NCBI GenBank assembly: GCA_965655095.1
Contig: OZ296658.1
Location: 18,662,001-18,726,000 of the forward strand
From: Haplodiscus bocki
Taxonomy: Eukaryota
Direction of reading: 5' to 3'
DNA: 64,000 nt
Shown here: piece by piece, positions 1-14,400 of the stretch
Layout: each line of letters opens with the position of its first letter
How positions within the stretch are numbered: the first letter of the stretch is position 1
Made by a program: the position numbers and the translations under genes
The notes under the pieces: model-generated
What the model was told of the DNA's origin: nothing
What the model saw: the letters and a program-made list of their open reading frames with translations, nothing else
The model's database searches: none

Positions 1-2650
1 TTGACGGTGCTATGATTGCTGTTCCTCCGATTTTCTGAAATTTCACTATTGTTTTTCTTGCAGGTGCTCTACTTTAATCCGCTTCTTTGATACTCTTTCT
101 ATTCAACTTCCTTCTAGAATGAATGGTTGTTATTGTTCTTTATCTTCTTGTTTTCATTGATGCTAAAAATCACCAAGGCAGAAACTCAAAGTCCCGATGC
201 TATTTAGTCTCCCGGTCATGTCATGCATGGTCAGCGGAAGCATCCAGGGGATCAGACTCATATGTTGCACAACTGAGTCGAGTACGAAACAACCGCAAAA
301 ACAGTTATCAACAAATTTGAAATTGAAATTATGCTGACGATACTGCAAGGTTGAGACAAAATGAAGAAAGCGTTCTCAAAGCTTCTGTTTCTGTGGGCAT
401 GAAATATGAGAAGATGTTGGCTCTGGTGGCCTGATCTGCATTTGAGAGGATGCTTTGCTTTACTTTTTAACAAACTACCTCTTTGAGAGCGTGTTCCAAT
501 TTAAAAAGTTATCGAAGATTGTATAAGGATGCAAGAGGCCATTTCTCAAGAAACAACACATGAAATCCTTTTGTCTCCAGTGTTTGGAAAAGACTGGCTC
601 CGGAAGGTTGAAATTTTCAGATGTTGTGAACAACTTGGAACTAAGATAGAGATAATTGGCTTTAAAGACACAAAGACAGCTCCTCAGACAGCTAAGCCAT
701 TTTTCCAAATTTCAATGACATATAAACTACGTGGAAGTGTTAGAACAGCTTCTAGTTCATCATGAACAACTTAGCTTCGGAAATCTTGTTCGCTGGTTCA
801 TGAACCAAGTATTTAGTCACAACAAGAGGACAGGTACTTGATCTGTGGAATAAACAAGCTGTTTTTAGAGAAAATGTGCCAGAAAAAGGTTTTCACATTC
901 ATTTTGCTGTGGAAACCATTACTGCATCCCAGCATTTCCATTGTTTTGAGAACTTTTGAACTTTTTGGTGTGTGCCACGGAACTTTCTACCATCGCAGTA
1001 ACAGAAATTTAATTAAAAGTAGATTTCACTCCGTATGCGACTCGTAAACTAGAACAAAGCCTCTGCAAACGGAAAGGGACCCAAAGAAACTCCCTCTTGA
1101 ACGCCAGACGAACTCTCAATGGAATCAAGCACGGACGGTTTTCCATAACAGACGTTTATTCAGCTGAAATTTTCAAGACGTTGATCCCCGAAAGGTGTTG
1201 AAAAAACGTTCTTCGTCCAGCCATAATAATAACATTCGTTTGATCCATTAAAGCAAGCACCATTGAGACATTGTTTTGATATCTTTCAAAAACTGCTCTC
1301 CTTGCAATAACCACAGATTCACAAGCTTTTATGATAGCAACGTTGACTTATCCATTAAGCAGTCTATCCCGGCATTTTCGGAAAGACATGTGCTAACATC
1401 TTCGATAAAATTCTTCCCAAAAAATCGCCACTCAATTTTCGTTCTTTTCCAGAGTTATAGGTATCGCTCCCGAATATTTTCCGAAGAATTGATTGTGCTG
1501 AGATTGTTAACAGAACTTTTACAAACTCAATGAGAGTTAAGTGCATTGTCTCCGAAAGCTGAGTCAAGACAGTGGGAGGCAACCTTGAAATGCTGAAAGC
1601 GCAAAGACGTTTTTCCTGGCGCAGTGGCTTTTATAAAACAATAGAACAGTTCACCAAATAGCCCTGATAGTTGCAATCAAGATTTTTTCAGAAGCAGAAC
1701 AGCAAGTTTTTTTGAATGTGTTTTTTCAAGAAACTGAGCACTTCATCTTCTTGTGGTTCAATTTCAGAGGTCAGAAAAGACTGTGCTGCTTTTTCTAGTT
1801 TACTTTCTGGTGCCAGCATAACGCACCTTTGAGTGTTTTTTTCTTTCGAAGATTCGGTCCAATGTTTTGGAGTTTTTGTCAATTTTGAAACACTGCTGCA
1901 CTTATTTTTGGGTCTGTCCTTTCAACAATTCAAGAAAACCATAGTAGAATGCAACAACGATTTTTTACTGTCTCATTCCCAAGCAGGAACAGAGGAGTAG
2001 TAAAATTCGCAGCTTGAAAGTTTGTTCTCTATTTTGCCGCTGGCAGACGTACCTGCAAGTGGAAATCACAAGTTTTGCCCAGAGACCGCGTCAAGCACGC
2101 ATAATACTTCCAATGACAGTGTATCTGACTGACTGATTATCTTCCAAAGAGCGAAGCTCATAAAAGTTGGTCGAAGGAGAAGTCTTGTTTCGCATTGGTG
2201 GGCTGCTGGACAAATTTGTTCTGTGATACATCTTTATTTGGACAATGAATGCACTCCAAGATTATGTGACCGTCATAGCAATTTGATTCTTTCGATATAC
2301 TGATAATGTAAGTTTTAGAAAGAAAATCTACCGTGATCAAAGAAGATTGAAGGGTGATTAAGGAACAAAAGGTCAGGCGTTAATCTTCAATGTTGGGCGA
2401 CATGCTTAGAAAAAACTTCTCAGGATTTGAAATATTCACATTCGCACATCCCGACTGGAAGTTTGAGAAAACCATTAAAGATACCTTGAAGTAAAAATCA
2501 TGGGTTTGATAGTGGCAACAAGATGTTTGGTGGGAGGCGCTGGAGTTTTTGCAGAATTTCAATTTGATTAGAAGTGATGGATGCTTTTTGTGGAACAACT
2601 TTTATGCCATCTGCAAAACACTTTTAAAGGAGTGGTGAAACATGATGTAG
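1..2650 (-). mobile_element. Highly degenerate BEL/Pao-type LTR retrotransposon gag-pol remnant
   Basis: Frame-broken minus-strand fragments occur in BEL pol order: EALF*F (cf. DIEAMFLQ, ~1040), KSSQNNGNAGMQ (cf. KSSPxxANYALQ, ~940), NLEKWLS (cf. NLTKWxS, ~700), FLRNGLLHPYTI (cf. FDPLGLLAPFTI, ~540), plus a Cys/His gag-like stretch at ~2200-2300. Boundaries approximate. Confidence 0.5.
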
Positions 2651-2899
2651 CACACGTCTTATAAAAACTGTGGAATGAAACAATCTTTTTCCTTAGTAGA
2701 CGCCGTCTATTTGCTCCGGAGACCGTTCTCGATTTCTTCTTTTACTCTTTAGTTCCCTACCGGGTACCGGAAGCTCATTTCCGTCAACTTTTTTTCGGAA
2801 GAGTGTCAGTTGCTCCAAGGCTGACCAACAGTACGTCTTGGTTTACTTCAGTTATGGACGTTCGCTGTTTTTTCAAGTACGCAATTGAGCACAATTAAG

Positions 2900-5000
2900 A
2901 TTAAAGACGTAAAAAACCGTGGTGACGGGGGATTTGTGCTGTCATCTTAGAGACAGCCCAAGGTAAATAGATCAATTGCTTTCCCTTCTGCATTGCATTT
3001 ATCAGTCTTTTCTTTCGTTTCATTCTGTCTTTTCTGGCGGAACGAGAAATATAGAACCAACTAAATGAGCCAAAATCAATTCAGATTGTTTCTGGAAGCT
3101 GGCTGGTAAAAGATGATCAAGTGATTTTTTAAGCGAACGCTGTCACCAAGACAAATTATGTGCTATAGTTTGAATTCATCGATAAGGCAGTTGATTATTC
3201 TAACTTTGTTAAACTTTTGTTTGCTTTCAGGGTTGTATAAGATATAAGTCTACAGAAAGTAAGGATCCCACCAAGAAGAGGGTGCAGTTACCATGGCAAA
3301 AACTTTGGGGGTGACACGTTGGTTTCCGTGGAATTTTTTTCGCATAAATGACAATCATCCAATACGTTTAAAGGAAATTACTTTCCGTCTTTTCAGTGGA
3401 AACCGCGAAGGTGCATTTTTCAGTGAATGGGTGATACGTTGTTTACACGCTAATCCTTTTGGCATCAAGAAATGGATTTACTGAACTGTGTCTGGGTATT
3501 TAAAACCCCATTAAAATTTTTCTGACGTCGTTGGTGAAACAACGAAGCAAGCAAGTAGGTGCGAAAACAGGCCATGGAAAAAAACTAGAAATAAATGAGC
3601 GATGTTGCGTCGGCAATGGCCAGACGACGACGACGTCGAATGAAGATAGTGAGTGATTGTGAATAAACATCCACCTACCTTCAATCATTTTTTCAGCGAG
3701 TTAACAAACAGTGACTACCAAGCCAAAAAGAATTTGAAACATTTAGGGCAGATCGAGAAATTAGTCCAACGACCTGGCAAATAGGTTTGTTAGTATTCAA
3801 AAAGTATTAGCGGTTATGGTTGGGGACTGAAAGAATTCAATAGCATCTTCCCACAGTAAGCTCTGAAAGTAATGGAGATTCCCGTTGTTAATTTTTTGCT
3901 GAAATGAAGGGTTGTAAGTGGTTTTTCAAAGAAGTGTTGAATTCTTTGAATTGGTCATTGTTGCCTTTGAGTGTTCGTATTGGTGTATGTGAGAACTGAA
4001 TAATTGCGTAAGTAACTTATGTTCATTTGGAAATGTGGCGATAGCGTTTAAAATAGGGTGTTACTTTTCTACCACTTCTCGCGTCGATGAAGAGATAAAT
4101 CGTCTGACGTGGCCTTGGTATGAAAATTCGTCGTCGGTTCCCGCAAGTGTGATGGGTTATCATTTCTTGCTCATTGTCCTAGAGGCTACTGTCAGAAGGC
4201 CGAGGAAAGACTGGTTGCGCAAAAGGTCGGGCAAGACTGGTACCTTCCACTGGCGAAAAGTTTGGCCGTTGAGCAGTGGACATTTTATGAATCAACTGAG
4301 CCAATTTCCTAGCTGTTTAATCAGGGGAGAAAAACCTAGCTCATCAGCTTGTCGATTTTGTCTTTAGTTACGAAGCATGCATTATATTCAATACTAACGT
4401 CGTCCGTGTGGGCGCTTGTGATGAGGTTGCTTTCAGCACTATTGTTTTCACTCTTGTTGATACTGGTAACTTTTTCGTATTTACTTCCGTTTTTTTCTTC
4501 TTGGACTGTTTAAGAAGCTAGCATAGAAGTTTTAAGACTAGAACTGGTTTTCAGATGAAGTTAAGTGAAATTTTAATGTGGTGTAGAATGCCATTTGAAT
4601 TACGGCTAAGTGCAGGAAAGGTGAATTTGTCGAAGACAAGATCAATGAGTGTAGTCCCTATGAGGTTCTGTTAAACGTGATACTGCTGTACCAGCGAGTG
4701 TTTCTAGTTCTGGTGATTGAGGAAAATTTGCGTCGGTTTTCAGTGGACCTGCTTGGTGGCGTGATCGATGTTCCGACGCAATTAAAACTTTTGGCGAGAT
4801 GTCATTTGTTCGTAAGTTGCCGTGCTCATTAACTAATTAAGGTGCCATGGCAAATCCACATCAACTCTGGTGGCTTTGGTCATGCAATGAGATATTTGTG
4901 CAAAAATAGCGCAAAAATGCATAAACTCAAAAAAAATTAAGCACATATAAATTACAACACCAAATCCCGTGAAAAAATTGCATGGGGTTGGGTGCTCGGT
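2900..5000 (-). mobile_element. Degenerate Gypsy/Ty3 pol remnant (RT-RNaseH-integrase)
   Basis: Minus-strand FNRTS*GLHS (RT, ~4660), LARP..SDSS (RNase H, ~4200), FDVVVVWPLP..FPWP (integrase DxxGPLP, ~3620) and NVSPPKFL (TGxSPAEL, ~3310), in RT-RH-INT order. Boundaries approximate. Confidence 0.45.
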
Positions 5001-8000
5001 AGTTGTACACATTTTACTCCTCTCAGTATTGTTGAGGCTTTGCACTGTGGTAACTCCAGATGTTTTTTCATCCAAAATCATCATTTTGCTCGCCTATTTT
5101 ATTCTGGTGCGCTGCTGTTGTGATGCTAGTTAGTGTTTCCGAAAAAAAGCAATATTGATGCATCTCAGTTACTTCATTATACCTAGTGTCGTTTGGCCAA
5201 TAGGCTTTCAAAATGAAATTTTGCAGTGCACTTGTTTAAATTTGACGATTTTCTCCATTAACATCTAAGCTCGGGTTGTGGTTCTCATACGTTGGATGAG
5301 AACTGATGAGGTTTCAAACATCTCAGAAATGTCAGTCTGTGTGGTTTTCTCATCCTTCGGATGAAAAGCAGTGAACTGAAAAAGAAATGTAGCCTTGAAA
5401 ATGGAAGATTTTCATCACATCGATTGAAACCAATGAATTTTAAATCTATTGCTACGTCACTGTAAGTAGTGTACGCCGCTCAGATGCAAACCAACGTGAT
5501 TCGTTTTGAACATTAGCCTCTGTCATAACTATGATTATTCTGTCATAGTTTAAATGTTAATGAGTGTTCTTTGTTCAGTGAGAGTAAAGTTTTCTGCTGT
5601 ACAGACTAGAATAATTGTGTGAAGACATCAAACACTTGCTTAACGATCGAAATGCATCCCGAATCAGTTATGGTTGTCTCTATCGGGCCTCCACCGGGGG
5701 CACTTGTAGTGGCGTTTAATGTTCGGAACGGAACTGACCATGGTCGTTTTGGTTTCTGATAGTATTTTTGCACCTTCGTCGGTATATTTCATTTTCATGG
5801 ATATGTTTCAGCCCTTCAGTGTTTGATGGATGAAGATACCTAATTAAACTCAGCAGTACTTTCTAGAAAATGAAAATGGTTGTTTAAAAATTACAGAGTC
5901 TCGTTCTTACCAGGAGAAGGGAGGTAGTAGTATATAGTTGCAATGATACGTTTATGCAATTTTTGACTGCAGGATTTCCATTGGCAGCCTGGTATTACTT
6001 GTAGTTTCATATTTATGTACGATAACGCAATTATGACAAATGTAGATGTCTCTTTTTTCCCTCACGCGGACGAGACAAATTTGTCAATGGTCTCCCAATC
6101 TCAAAACTTATCTAATATCCAATATGTAAAGGTTGTGTGTTACGCTCCCTTATTTCTACTTGTGAAATATTTGTTGAATTAATTTAACATTTCTAAAGCG
6201 TTTGAAATATAGTATTGTACAAACAAACCATTGAGGGTGAGCTGAGGAGAAAACATTTTTCTCTGAGTTTTCTGGGAAACCGATATAACTGTTCGAAAAC
6301 GCCATCTTTCACGTTTAGAAAAATTTCGGTTCGGAATGTTGAAAAGACGCTCGATTATGTCTTCGAAGCTCAGTTCTCATTGTATGCCAAAATCATGCTA
6401 ATTTCGAAATCAGTTTTGGAAATCAATTGGTCTCGTTGGCAAATCCTCCAGTAGCACCGGGTTCACCAGTGTGAGGAGCCTCGTCTGGATCTGAATCAAT
6501 TGAAAGATGGGACCGATAGACTGAGGATCCCACTCCAGGACGAGAAACTTTCCAGGATTGATCCCATTTGGTTCCAGGCTTTCTACGTCTGTGTTCCGGA
6601 AAGTTCCGGAACGGTTCCGACTTGTGTCAGTACCTGTGGGTTCAAGAGAAATTTGTCTGGTTTTGATAGAGAAGCCTCAATGCGGGACTCTGCCCAGCTG
6701 AATTCCTGGGAATTTTCTTAGTGACCTTGCCTTTAATCTGCTCGAAAACCTGTGTTATATTTTCGTCATTGATTCCATGAACGGACTTGTTTCGAGACTG
6801 GCCGCTCCTAGGATGTTCCTCTTGCGTTTTTCTTATAACGGCTGCCGACTTTCAATTGCTTCTCAATGTTGCCATCTTTTGAAAGGGAAATTGCTCAGCA
6901 GTAGCAAAGGCAGAATTTTTCTAACCAAACTCGAGAGGAAGAAAAATGTGATTCTTCTTTTGTTAACTATAAACCATATTGACAGTCAACTGATTAACAT
7001 AAATGATAATAAAACTCCTCAGAAATAGTACTTTCGTTTTCTTATACCTTTTCCTTTGCTGGAAACATAACTGTTTACACGCCGAATCAAGGTACAGATA
7101 GGGAAAAGTTCTTCAATTATATTATCTGTAAAGAAAAAAGACCAACTCTGGCGAGAAATAAACATTTTTCCATCCATTTTGCCCCATATGTGGCCTCTTT
7201 TGAATCTCTCGACGAAAAATGTACGGGCCTAATCAGTCAGAATTGGACATCAAAAGGTTTTTTTCCCGCGCTGACACAAAAAATATTATAATAAACAAAA
7301 AATCAAACGGATTTTCCATAAGTGGAAAATACTAATGAAATTCATTCGATAATATATTACAATTTGAAGAAAACTCAAAGTATCTTGTTTAAAGGTACAT
7401 TTCAGCTTCCTGTGCTTCATTCAAAATGGAAATTAGACTGGAAATAGGAGTGTTCCTAGTCCGTTCCCCATTTCTACTGCTCTGTTCCTCGTTTCTACTA
7501 GGCCGTTCCTGAACGGTTGCGTATTCGCTTGTAGCACTGTTTGTAGAAATGCTGCTGAACTAATGAAATGACTGAAAACGGAACTGTTCCTTAATCGGCC
7601 AAACCGGCACAGCAACATAGCACAGCATTTTGAATGTTTCTAGTGACGTCACCGGATTGGTAGCGACGGAACACGTACGGCACAAATATTGATTTTCAAG
7701 TCACTCAATCTACTCTACAGTTGCAATTAACCGAGCTCATTGGCAGCGTCAATTTAACTAAATTATTGCACTCAAGTTTTTCATATGGTGGATTTACGTT
7801 ACATAATTTAATATTACATAAATTAATATAAATATGGCACTTTTTTAAATTCTAAGTGAACTACTTTGTGAATATCCGTTTGTTCCTGATCGGTTTTGAC
7901 ACAATCTGCATAAATAAACTAGCATCAAGCGTATATACTACGGATCAGTTTCATGACATCAAAATAATGTAGACATAAAACGTAAAGTGCATTGTTTTTT

Positions 8001-8299
8001 TTTCAGTTTTAGTTAATCACTTGACAACCCGGGGATGTTCCTTTCCTTTGGCAGCACTTGCCCGCAGGCTTCGCAGAAATGCAACGAGAGATAATTCAGT
8101 ACGATATAGCTGTGGGCGCAGCTCTCTCAGAGATAAAACGAACTGTAAGAACTTGTTAAGAATGCTCCAGTCTACAGATGGAACGTAGTAAGATACTTGT
8201 TACCTCTGGGTCCATTCCTGTTTTACTAAGGTTTTACTACGATCAAATGGGCGGTTACCCTGTAAGTTTGAGCTCAGTTGAAGCAATACAGCAAAATTG

Positions 8300-10150
8300 C
8301 GAAGCGTTTTCCTGGAGTTTTTTCGGAAAATGCCAAAAAAAAAACATTTTTCCGATGTTTTTTGGCCAAAAACGTAAGTTTTATTTGTAGCAAGGCAACT
8401 CTGGTAGCTAGAACCGCTCATTGCGTTCAAACCAACCATTGCAACATTGTTGTACTTGATGCAGCTGTGCTTCGTTGAGGTGTTCGTCCATTTAGCCGAC
8501 GCGCATTTATGCCGACTGTGATTAATAGCGATTTCAAATCTGATTGGATAACGACTTTCGGAATTGAATTCCAAATGAGAATAGGCACTTCAGTTAAATC
8601 CAGCAATTTAGACGCTAGTAGCCTATTTGATTGTTTGAATTAATGCTATTCAAGGTTCTGATAATGACGGTCGGCATAAATATTGGACAGCATAATCTCG
8701 ATCTCCCTCTGATGAGGCCTTGATGAATCTTATAATCTTCTGATTTTCATCTTTTTTTCTTCATTTAGGCTTCTCAGGCCTTGGAGCATTGTTCATCATG
8801 GAGAACTAACTCTTTTGAAAAAGCGAATAAAGATAGGTTCAAGTACTGCATGTATGCCTTTTACCAATTAATGGTCTTTTTCTGGCTCTGGATGCCTCCC
8901 ATATTCGCTGACTAATCCTAATGTGAAAGTATGGCTACTTTGCGCCATAGAAGGTAATGTTCTCGCTCATAGTTTGTTCAACGTTGTTGAGTGCTCCAAA
9001 TTTTTCACTTCTCTTTCCCAGTAAGTTGCACGCCACCAGTCTAATAACCTTTTGCTGTATTTCTTTAAGCTTGCCTGAGTTTCTCTCGTTTCTCCGTCGA
9101 ATAACCAGGCCATTCGTCTCAGCTGGTTCTATCACTTTCCTAATTCCTCTGTCTAATATCTCCTTCACGTTTTCATTGCTGAATAATCCGGTAACATTCC
9201 CTTTCTGTGTGCTAACCTTCAGATAGATCCAAAAAACTAGTGAGTCTCGTATCACCGCTATCGGATACCTCCTAGGGTCGTATCAAGTCACTGTCTTGTA
9301 AGGTGTCCTGGCATGTTTTTTTCTCAAATTTCTGTTATCTATACCGTTTTCGTTGATTCACTCAATATGAATCAGAACTTTCTCGAATCTTATGCTTCCT
9401 CGTTGGATTACGATTCCGTCAGCGGGATTGTAAGGTTGTCCGTCAGCTCTCCTTATCGGGGACACTTTTCTCATGCTAAATGTCACCTCCTACTCCTGAA
9501 GCTCTCAGATGACTGAGACCCGACTACTCTTTCTCTGCTTGTTTTTCTTTTTTTAAAATCTTTCTGGTCCTTTTTCTTTTCCGGCTTCTTTTTCTCTATT
9601 TTTGCTCAATTGATTTTCCGCGTCATGACTTTTTTTACAATCTTTTGTAACAAGTGTTCCAATTGCCGAAAATTTGACAATATTTCTGAATGCTTCGCCG
9701 GTCTTTGCTGCGGCCGGTTTTCTTCTATTAAAGCAGGATTCTACGTTTTGAAAGAACGGGACAATCCAATTGATTCAAAATAGCTCCATTTATCAACTAT
9801 CCTCTGATAATTTCCTGGATAATTTCATTGATGATTTCTATCTCAAAATCTTCTTCAGTCTGAACAATTTTGGTGATTTTAGTCCAGATTCCGGCTAATA
9901 TCGAGAAAAACGCTCGACTATGAAGAATTGAACAATTGAAAACTGTAATTATAAATGAACCGCGATATGCAAATCCGTCTAACTAAGTGATAGGATGCCT
10001 TGTTTACATAGTAAACATACCAAAGCATAAAATAGATTTTTAAAACGTGAATATAACGTGGAATGGTTGCGAGCAAGATCGAAATTAACAAATGATGGCC
10101 AAAAATAAGTAGGTGGTCGTAAAACACTCCAAAAACACAATATGCAAGAT
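8300..10150 (-). mobile_element. Degenerate Gypsy-like retrotransposon remnant (RT region)
   Basis: Minus-strand SKLLDLTE/AYSHLEFNSESR at ~8555-8615 resembles RT motif FSKLDLxxAYxQLxLxxxS; flanking purine-rich coding-like sequence has many stops. Confidence 0.4.
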
Positions 10151-10617
10151 AAATAGAAAGTAGTCAAAATATGCTGAAATATGGTTCAATAAACTTTAGT
10201 GGCATTCACTCGAATCAGATAAAAAAATACCAGAAAGTTTTAGTTGCCAAAACACATAATGTACGTGGTAGAGGCATAAACGATGATTCGAGAGGTACAA
10301 AAGGTACAGGAAATGACAAATCACGCTATGAACACTAAATTTAACCAAGAACACTTCTGAACAAGAATCAAACTTTGTGATTAAAAAAATAGTGAATATT
10401 TAAGGCACCGCCATAATGAATGTCAGTGTGTAAAAATGTCAGTGAAAATCAGAACAAGACGGCCGGCTAGCACAGCATATTTTTCGCCCAAATAGAAATA
10501 TTTTGATCAACTTTTGCAAACGGTTAAAAACAAGACTACTGTTTTGGTATTAGTTTTCAAAGAGTTTTTACCAACATCAATTTGACCACTGATTTCTGTA
10601 TTTTATGCAAAAAGGTA

Positions 10618-11310
10618 TCACGATTTTCCGTCAATTTTTTTTGTCTCACAATACCGAAAAACTCTTTGGGAACTCTTTGGTGTTTCACAAATTTCGGGTA
10701 TCGAAAAATTTTATGCTTCATAGGGTTATGTCACGATTTTTGTTTTTCTGTCGAAATTTTTTTGTCTCACAACACCGAAAAACTCTTTGGGAACTCTTTG
10801 GTGTTTCACAAATTTCGGGTATCGAAAAATTTTATGCTTCATAGGGTTATGTCACGATTTTTGTTTTTCTGTCGAAATTTTTTTGTCTCACAGTGCCGAA
10901 ACATTTCGTAGGGGAATCCTTTACTGTTGCAGTAATTTCGGGTACCGGAAAAATTTGAATAAGAAGGGGGAGAGTATCAAGATTTTCCGTCGAAAATTTT
11001 TTGTCTTTCAGTGCCGAAAATTTTCGTAGGGGAATCCTTTACTGTGGCATTAATTTCGGGTATCGAAAAAGTTTGGATAAGAGGGGGGAGTATCAAGAAT
11101 TTCTGTCGAAAATTTTTTGTCTCACGGTGCCGAAAATTTCCGTAGGGGAATCCTTTATTGTTGCATTAATTTCCGGTAGCGAAAAAGTTTGGATAGGAGG
11201 GAGGGGGAGTATCAAGATATTCCATCGAAAATTTTTTGTCTCACAGTCCCGAAAAAGTTCGTAGCTGAATCCTTTAGTAATTCAATAAATTCGGGTATCG
11301 AAAAATGTTA
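10618..11310. repeat. Tandem array of ~116-121 bp monomers (6 units)
   Basis: TTGTCTCACA-type anchor recurs at 10641, 10762, 10883, 11001, 11117 and 11236; the first two periods are nearly identical 121-mers. Confidence 0.9.
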
Positions 11311-11331
11311 GGGATAAATCGTAAAAATATT

Positions 11332-11400
11332 TGGCACGACAGAGACTCGAACCGCAAACCTACTGCTTGAGAACGCTGTTGTCCTAACCCTACTGCTGTC
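11332..11400 (-). pseudogene. tRNA-Glu(CTC)-derived segment inside repeat element
   Basis: Reverse complement GACAGCAGTAGGGTTAGGACAACAGCGTTCTCAAGCAGTAGGTTTGCGGTTCGAGTCTCTGTCGTGCCA contains D-loop-like GGTTAGGA, TCTCA anticodon loop and B-box GGTTCGAG at near-tRNA spacing; cloverleaf imperfect. Confidence 0.6.
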
Positions 11401-14400
11401 ATTTATTTTTGAATAAAAGGAGTTGGCAGATTTCCACTGAAAAAAAAAGGAACTTGACCCCCACTGTACACTGTACTGAATGAATAATTTGTCTTGCATA
11501 TTACATATGCGGCGAAAAATAATAAAAACCATACGTGTTAAGTAGACCTAGACGACTGAGACTATGAGTGAGTTGTAATACAACAACGTATATGAAGTAA
11601 TGCTCTAGCAACCTACAGAGCTGAGATTCTCTACTGCTAAGAGTGTTGAAGGGGCTATCGTGGAGATTTGAAAAGGTCAATCACCTTTAATATAAGAAAG
11701 TTCTTCGTTAAAAGCACCCAATGGAAACTCTCATTTGAAAGAGATCGTTAAACGGGATGAACAAATATCTTTCGATTCGACTTAAAACTGCCATGTTACT
11801 TGGTTTAGGATTGAGCTGGGGTCTCTACCGCGTCGTTAGCCGAGCTGACAAGTAAATGTCGTTTTATAGCACCTCGAAATTCAAAATTGGTCAGAGTTTG
11901 GGGCATATCAAAAGTTGGGGAACTTTGCTCTTGAAAGTGGCTATGATAAAGTTTTATGCGGACAAGCGATGCAAAGATGACCTTCAGAGGCATTGATAAA
12001 TATAATAAGTGTTTAATAAAAGTTTGTGACAATCATAGAAAAAAACTAAATTTTACGGTTTTTTGTTTCTCTGGCGAGAAACAACGATCTCAAGGTTTTT
12101 ATGGAAACGTACAACTCCATAAATTTTACGGTTTACAGTTTTTGAAAGTATTTTCATAAAATTTTGTTTTTAAAACAAATGACTTTAAATTGCTGTCGGA
12201 TTCTCTGTGATGGCTGTGATGACAAGCGTTTGTATTTTCCTGCGTTTTTGCCGGACCACAATGTAAGAAGTGCTAAAGTAAAACCCTTTTAAAGATAAGA
12301 AGAGCTGTATATCCATTGAAACAGGTCTTGTGTCCACAGCTCTCATGTAAACATTGCTCTACGAAGTTCTAGTTTACACACTTTTTTCATGCGATCACAA
12401 GCTCTCAAATATATATTGGCTCGATTAGAAACCGAAGTTTCAATCAAATAATCATCCAACACCCGACTAGTCTAGCTTCCAAAGCAATCTTGTGGAATAT
12501 GTGTTCAAGAAACAATCAAGAGGGACCGTCTCAAGTGGGTTTAGTCATGATCTTCAAGTAGCACTGTACGCCATCAATATAAGAGAGGGCGCGATTGAAA
12601 CGGTAGAAGTGGCCTGGGTTTTGAAAACGGCCTATGGTGTTTGTGGCAGATGACAGTTTTGCTCTGATTTCTAATTCTGACAAAATTGTTGTTTTTCAAT
12701 TCTATTAAATGTATAGTCGTGTAAAAAACAGACCGAACAAGCGCCAACATGTTAAAAGCGGCCTAAAGGTGAGAATAACCATGGCACTTTTCCTCTGAAA
12801 AATTTTTGCATTTCTAACAAAAAAAAATAATGTATCCGTTTTGCTTGAGGATAGAAGAGCCTGCAAATTTTATGGTTTGATGAAACCTACCTTGACGATC
12901 ATTTATAAACGGAACGAGAAACCAAGGTGATTTTATTTTCTTATTTCTAATAGTTTGATCTTCGAATTCCTGCTAACATTAATTGCCAAAATTTTGGTAA
13001 GAAATCAAACATTTTGGGAACAATTCCAAAAAAATTACGACATTGTGGTGAAAACCGAGACTCCGAGCACTATGTCTTTATTTTTTAAGTGTTAACAATT
13101 ATCTCTATATGTGGCTGCTAAAAATGTTAGAACCTGAAAATGAAAGACGAAATTGAAAGCCCTTTGCATTCAAGTGAAACTATCGGATATATCGGTCCTC
13201 TATCCTGAGTTGCAAAGCCATTGTTCACCGAATCTCCTCGTTCAAAGATATACTTTCAATCATTCGGACAAGCTCAAAATTGCTGGGTATATTTTTTTGA
13301 CTGAGACTTCGTCGGGGATCCAATATGAACGCAACATTCCCTTTCATACAAAGTGGGCGCTCTACTGCAAATGTAAGCAATTTGTGGCTCCATGTTTTAG
13401 TCTAAATTCAATGCAAATCGAAAATTCTGCTGTTGACTCAAAACCTAATTGTCATGGCATTGACCTGGTACACAAATCTAACCACAGAGCTTGCGAAAGC
13501 TGATAGTCCAAAAGGACATATTATATTGATAACTTGAAACCACGTTAAAGCAGATTACACAAAAACCAAAAATGACTCCCCAAAAGAACCAGAAGCGTTT
13601 GTCAATACCTTTTTAATAAATTGGCAATTTGACGCGGAATAAAAAAAATATAGACACTAACGAGTCCTAGTGCTAGACTCACGGCAAAAGTTTCACAGAA
13701 GAAATAACAAGAAAAACATGCTCTACTTTCAACTCGAAACATCATATCTCAAAGATTATATATCAAGCTTATAATATTGGTTTTAACAAAACGTCTTCAT
13801 TCTCTTTTTGCACAAAAAAAACCTAAAGAGAACACTTCCCGGCAATCAAGATAAAGTATATAATACATTATAGTCTCTTTGCTCTTTTTTGTTAGGACTT
13901 TGAAAATTAAGGGTGTATTTCAGACTCCGCGTTTAGAACACTTGATAAAAATCTGAGATTTCTCTACAAGAGTCAAAAAAACACACTTTTCGAATATTTC
14001 TCTGCAAGAAAAAACATCCCTATTGCAACCAACAAGCAGCAGGTAACACCGAGATATGGATTTGAAAACATTGCTAGTGTTCGGATTTATCCACGACGAA
14101 AAATGATTGAAATTGAAAAAAAAATCAATCAAAAAATCATTTTATCATTTCCATCGCCAAAAGACATCAAACTTATTTGACAGCAAAATTTTTCAGCATA
14201 CAAGAGACAGAGGTCAATCATGTATGTCTTTGGTTGTTTTCAAAGTCATATTTGAGCAAATAGGATTAAAATTGGACAAAATGAACAAAAAAACAACTTT
14301 CAGTTTTGTTTCGCATCTTACAAAAAAGCATTTTTCTGATTGCCATAAAAATACAGTGTGTAAACTATGGTGATCTCCTAGTTATGCGCCTGGAAAATCT

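Larger units (their letters stand above)
10453..11535 (-). mobile_element. Non-autonomous Helentron/DINE-1-like element (family A) with internal tandem array and tRNA-derived module
   Basis: Subterminal inverted repeats ATTTTTCGCC (10479-10488) and GGCGAAAAAT (11511-11520); GC hairpin plus CGTCTTGTT end on minus strand (10453-10476); six 116-121 bp monomers; homologous to the inverted copy at 15300-16194. Confidence 0.75.

Noticed and set aside
6500-7620. GC-richer patches with short repeated motifs (TTCCGGA, GTTCC; similar patches at 18400-18500 and 33410-33530)
   Set aside because: Probably decayed MITEs, but termini and TSDs could not be defined.
10582-11264. Overlapping repetitive ORFs
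   Set aside because: By-products of the 120-bp tandem array; no domain or splice support.
11332-11400. Functional tRNA gene
   Set aside because: Stems are imperfect, the two copies differ substantially, and both lie inside an interspersed repeat; treated as tRNA-derived.
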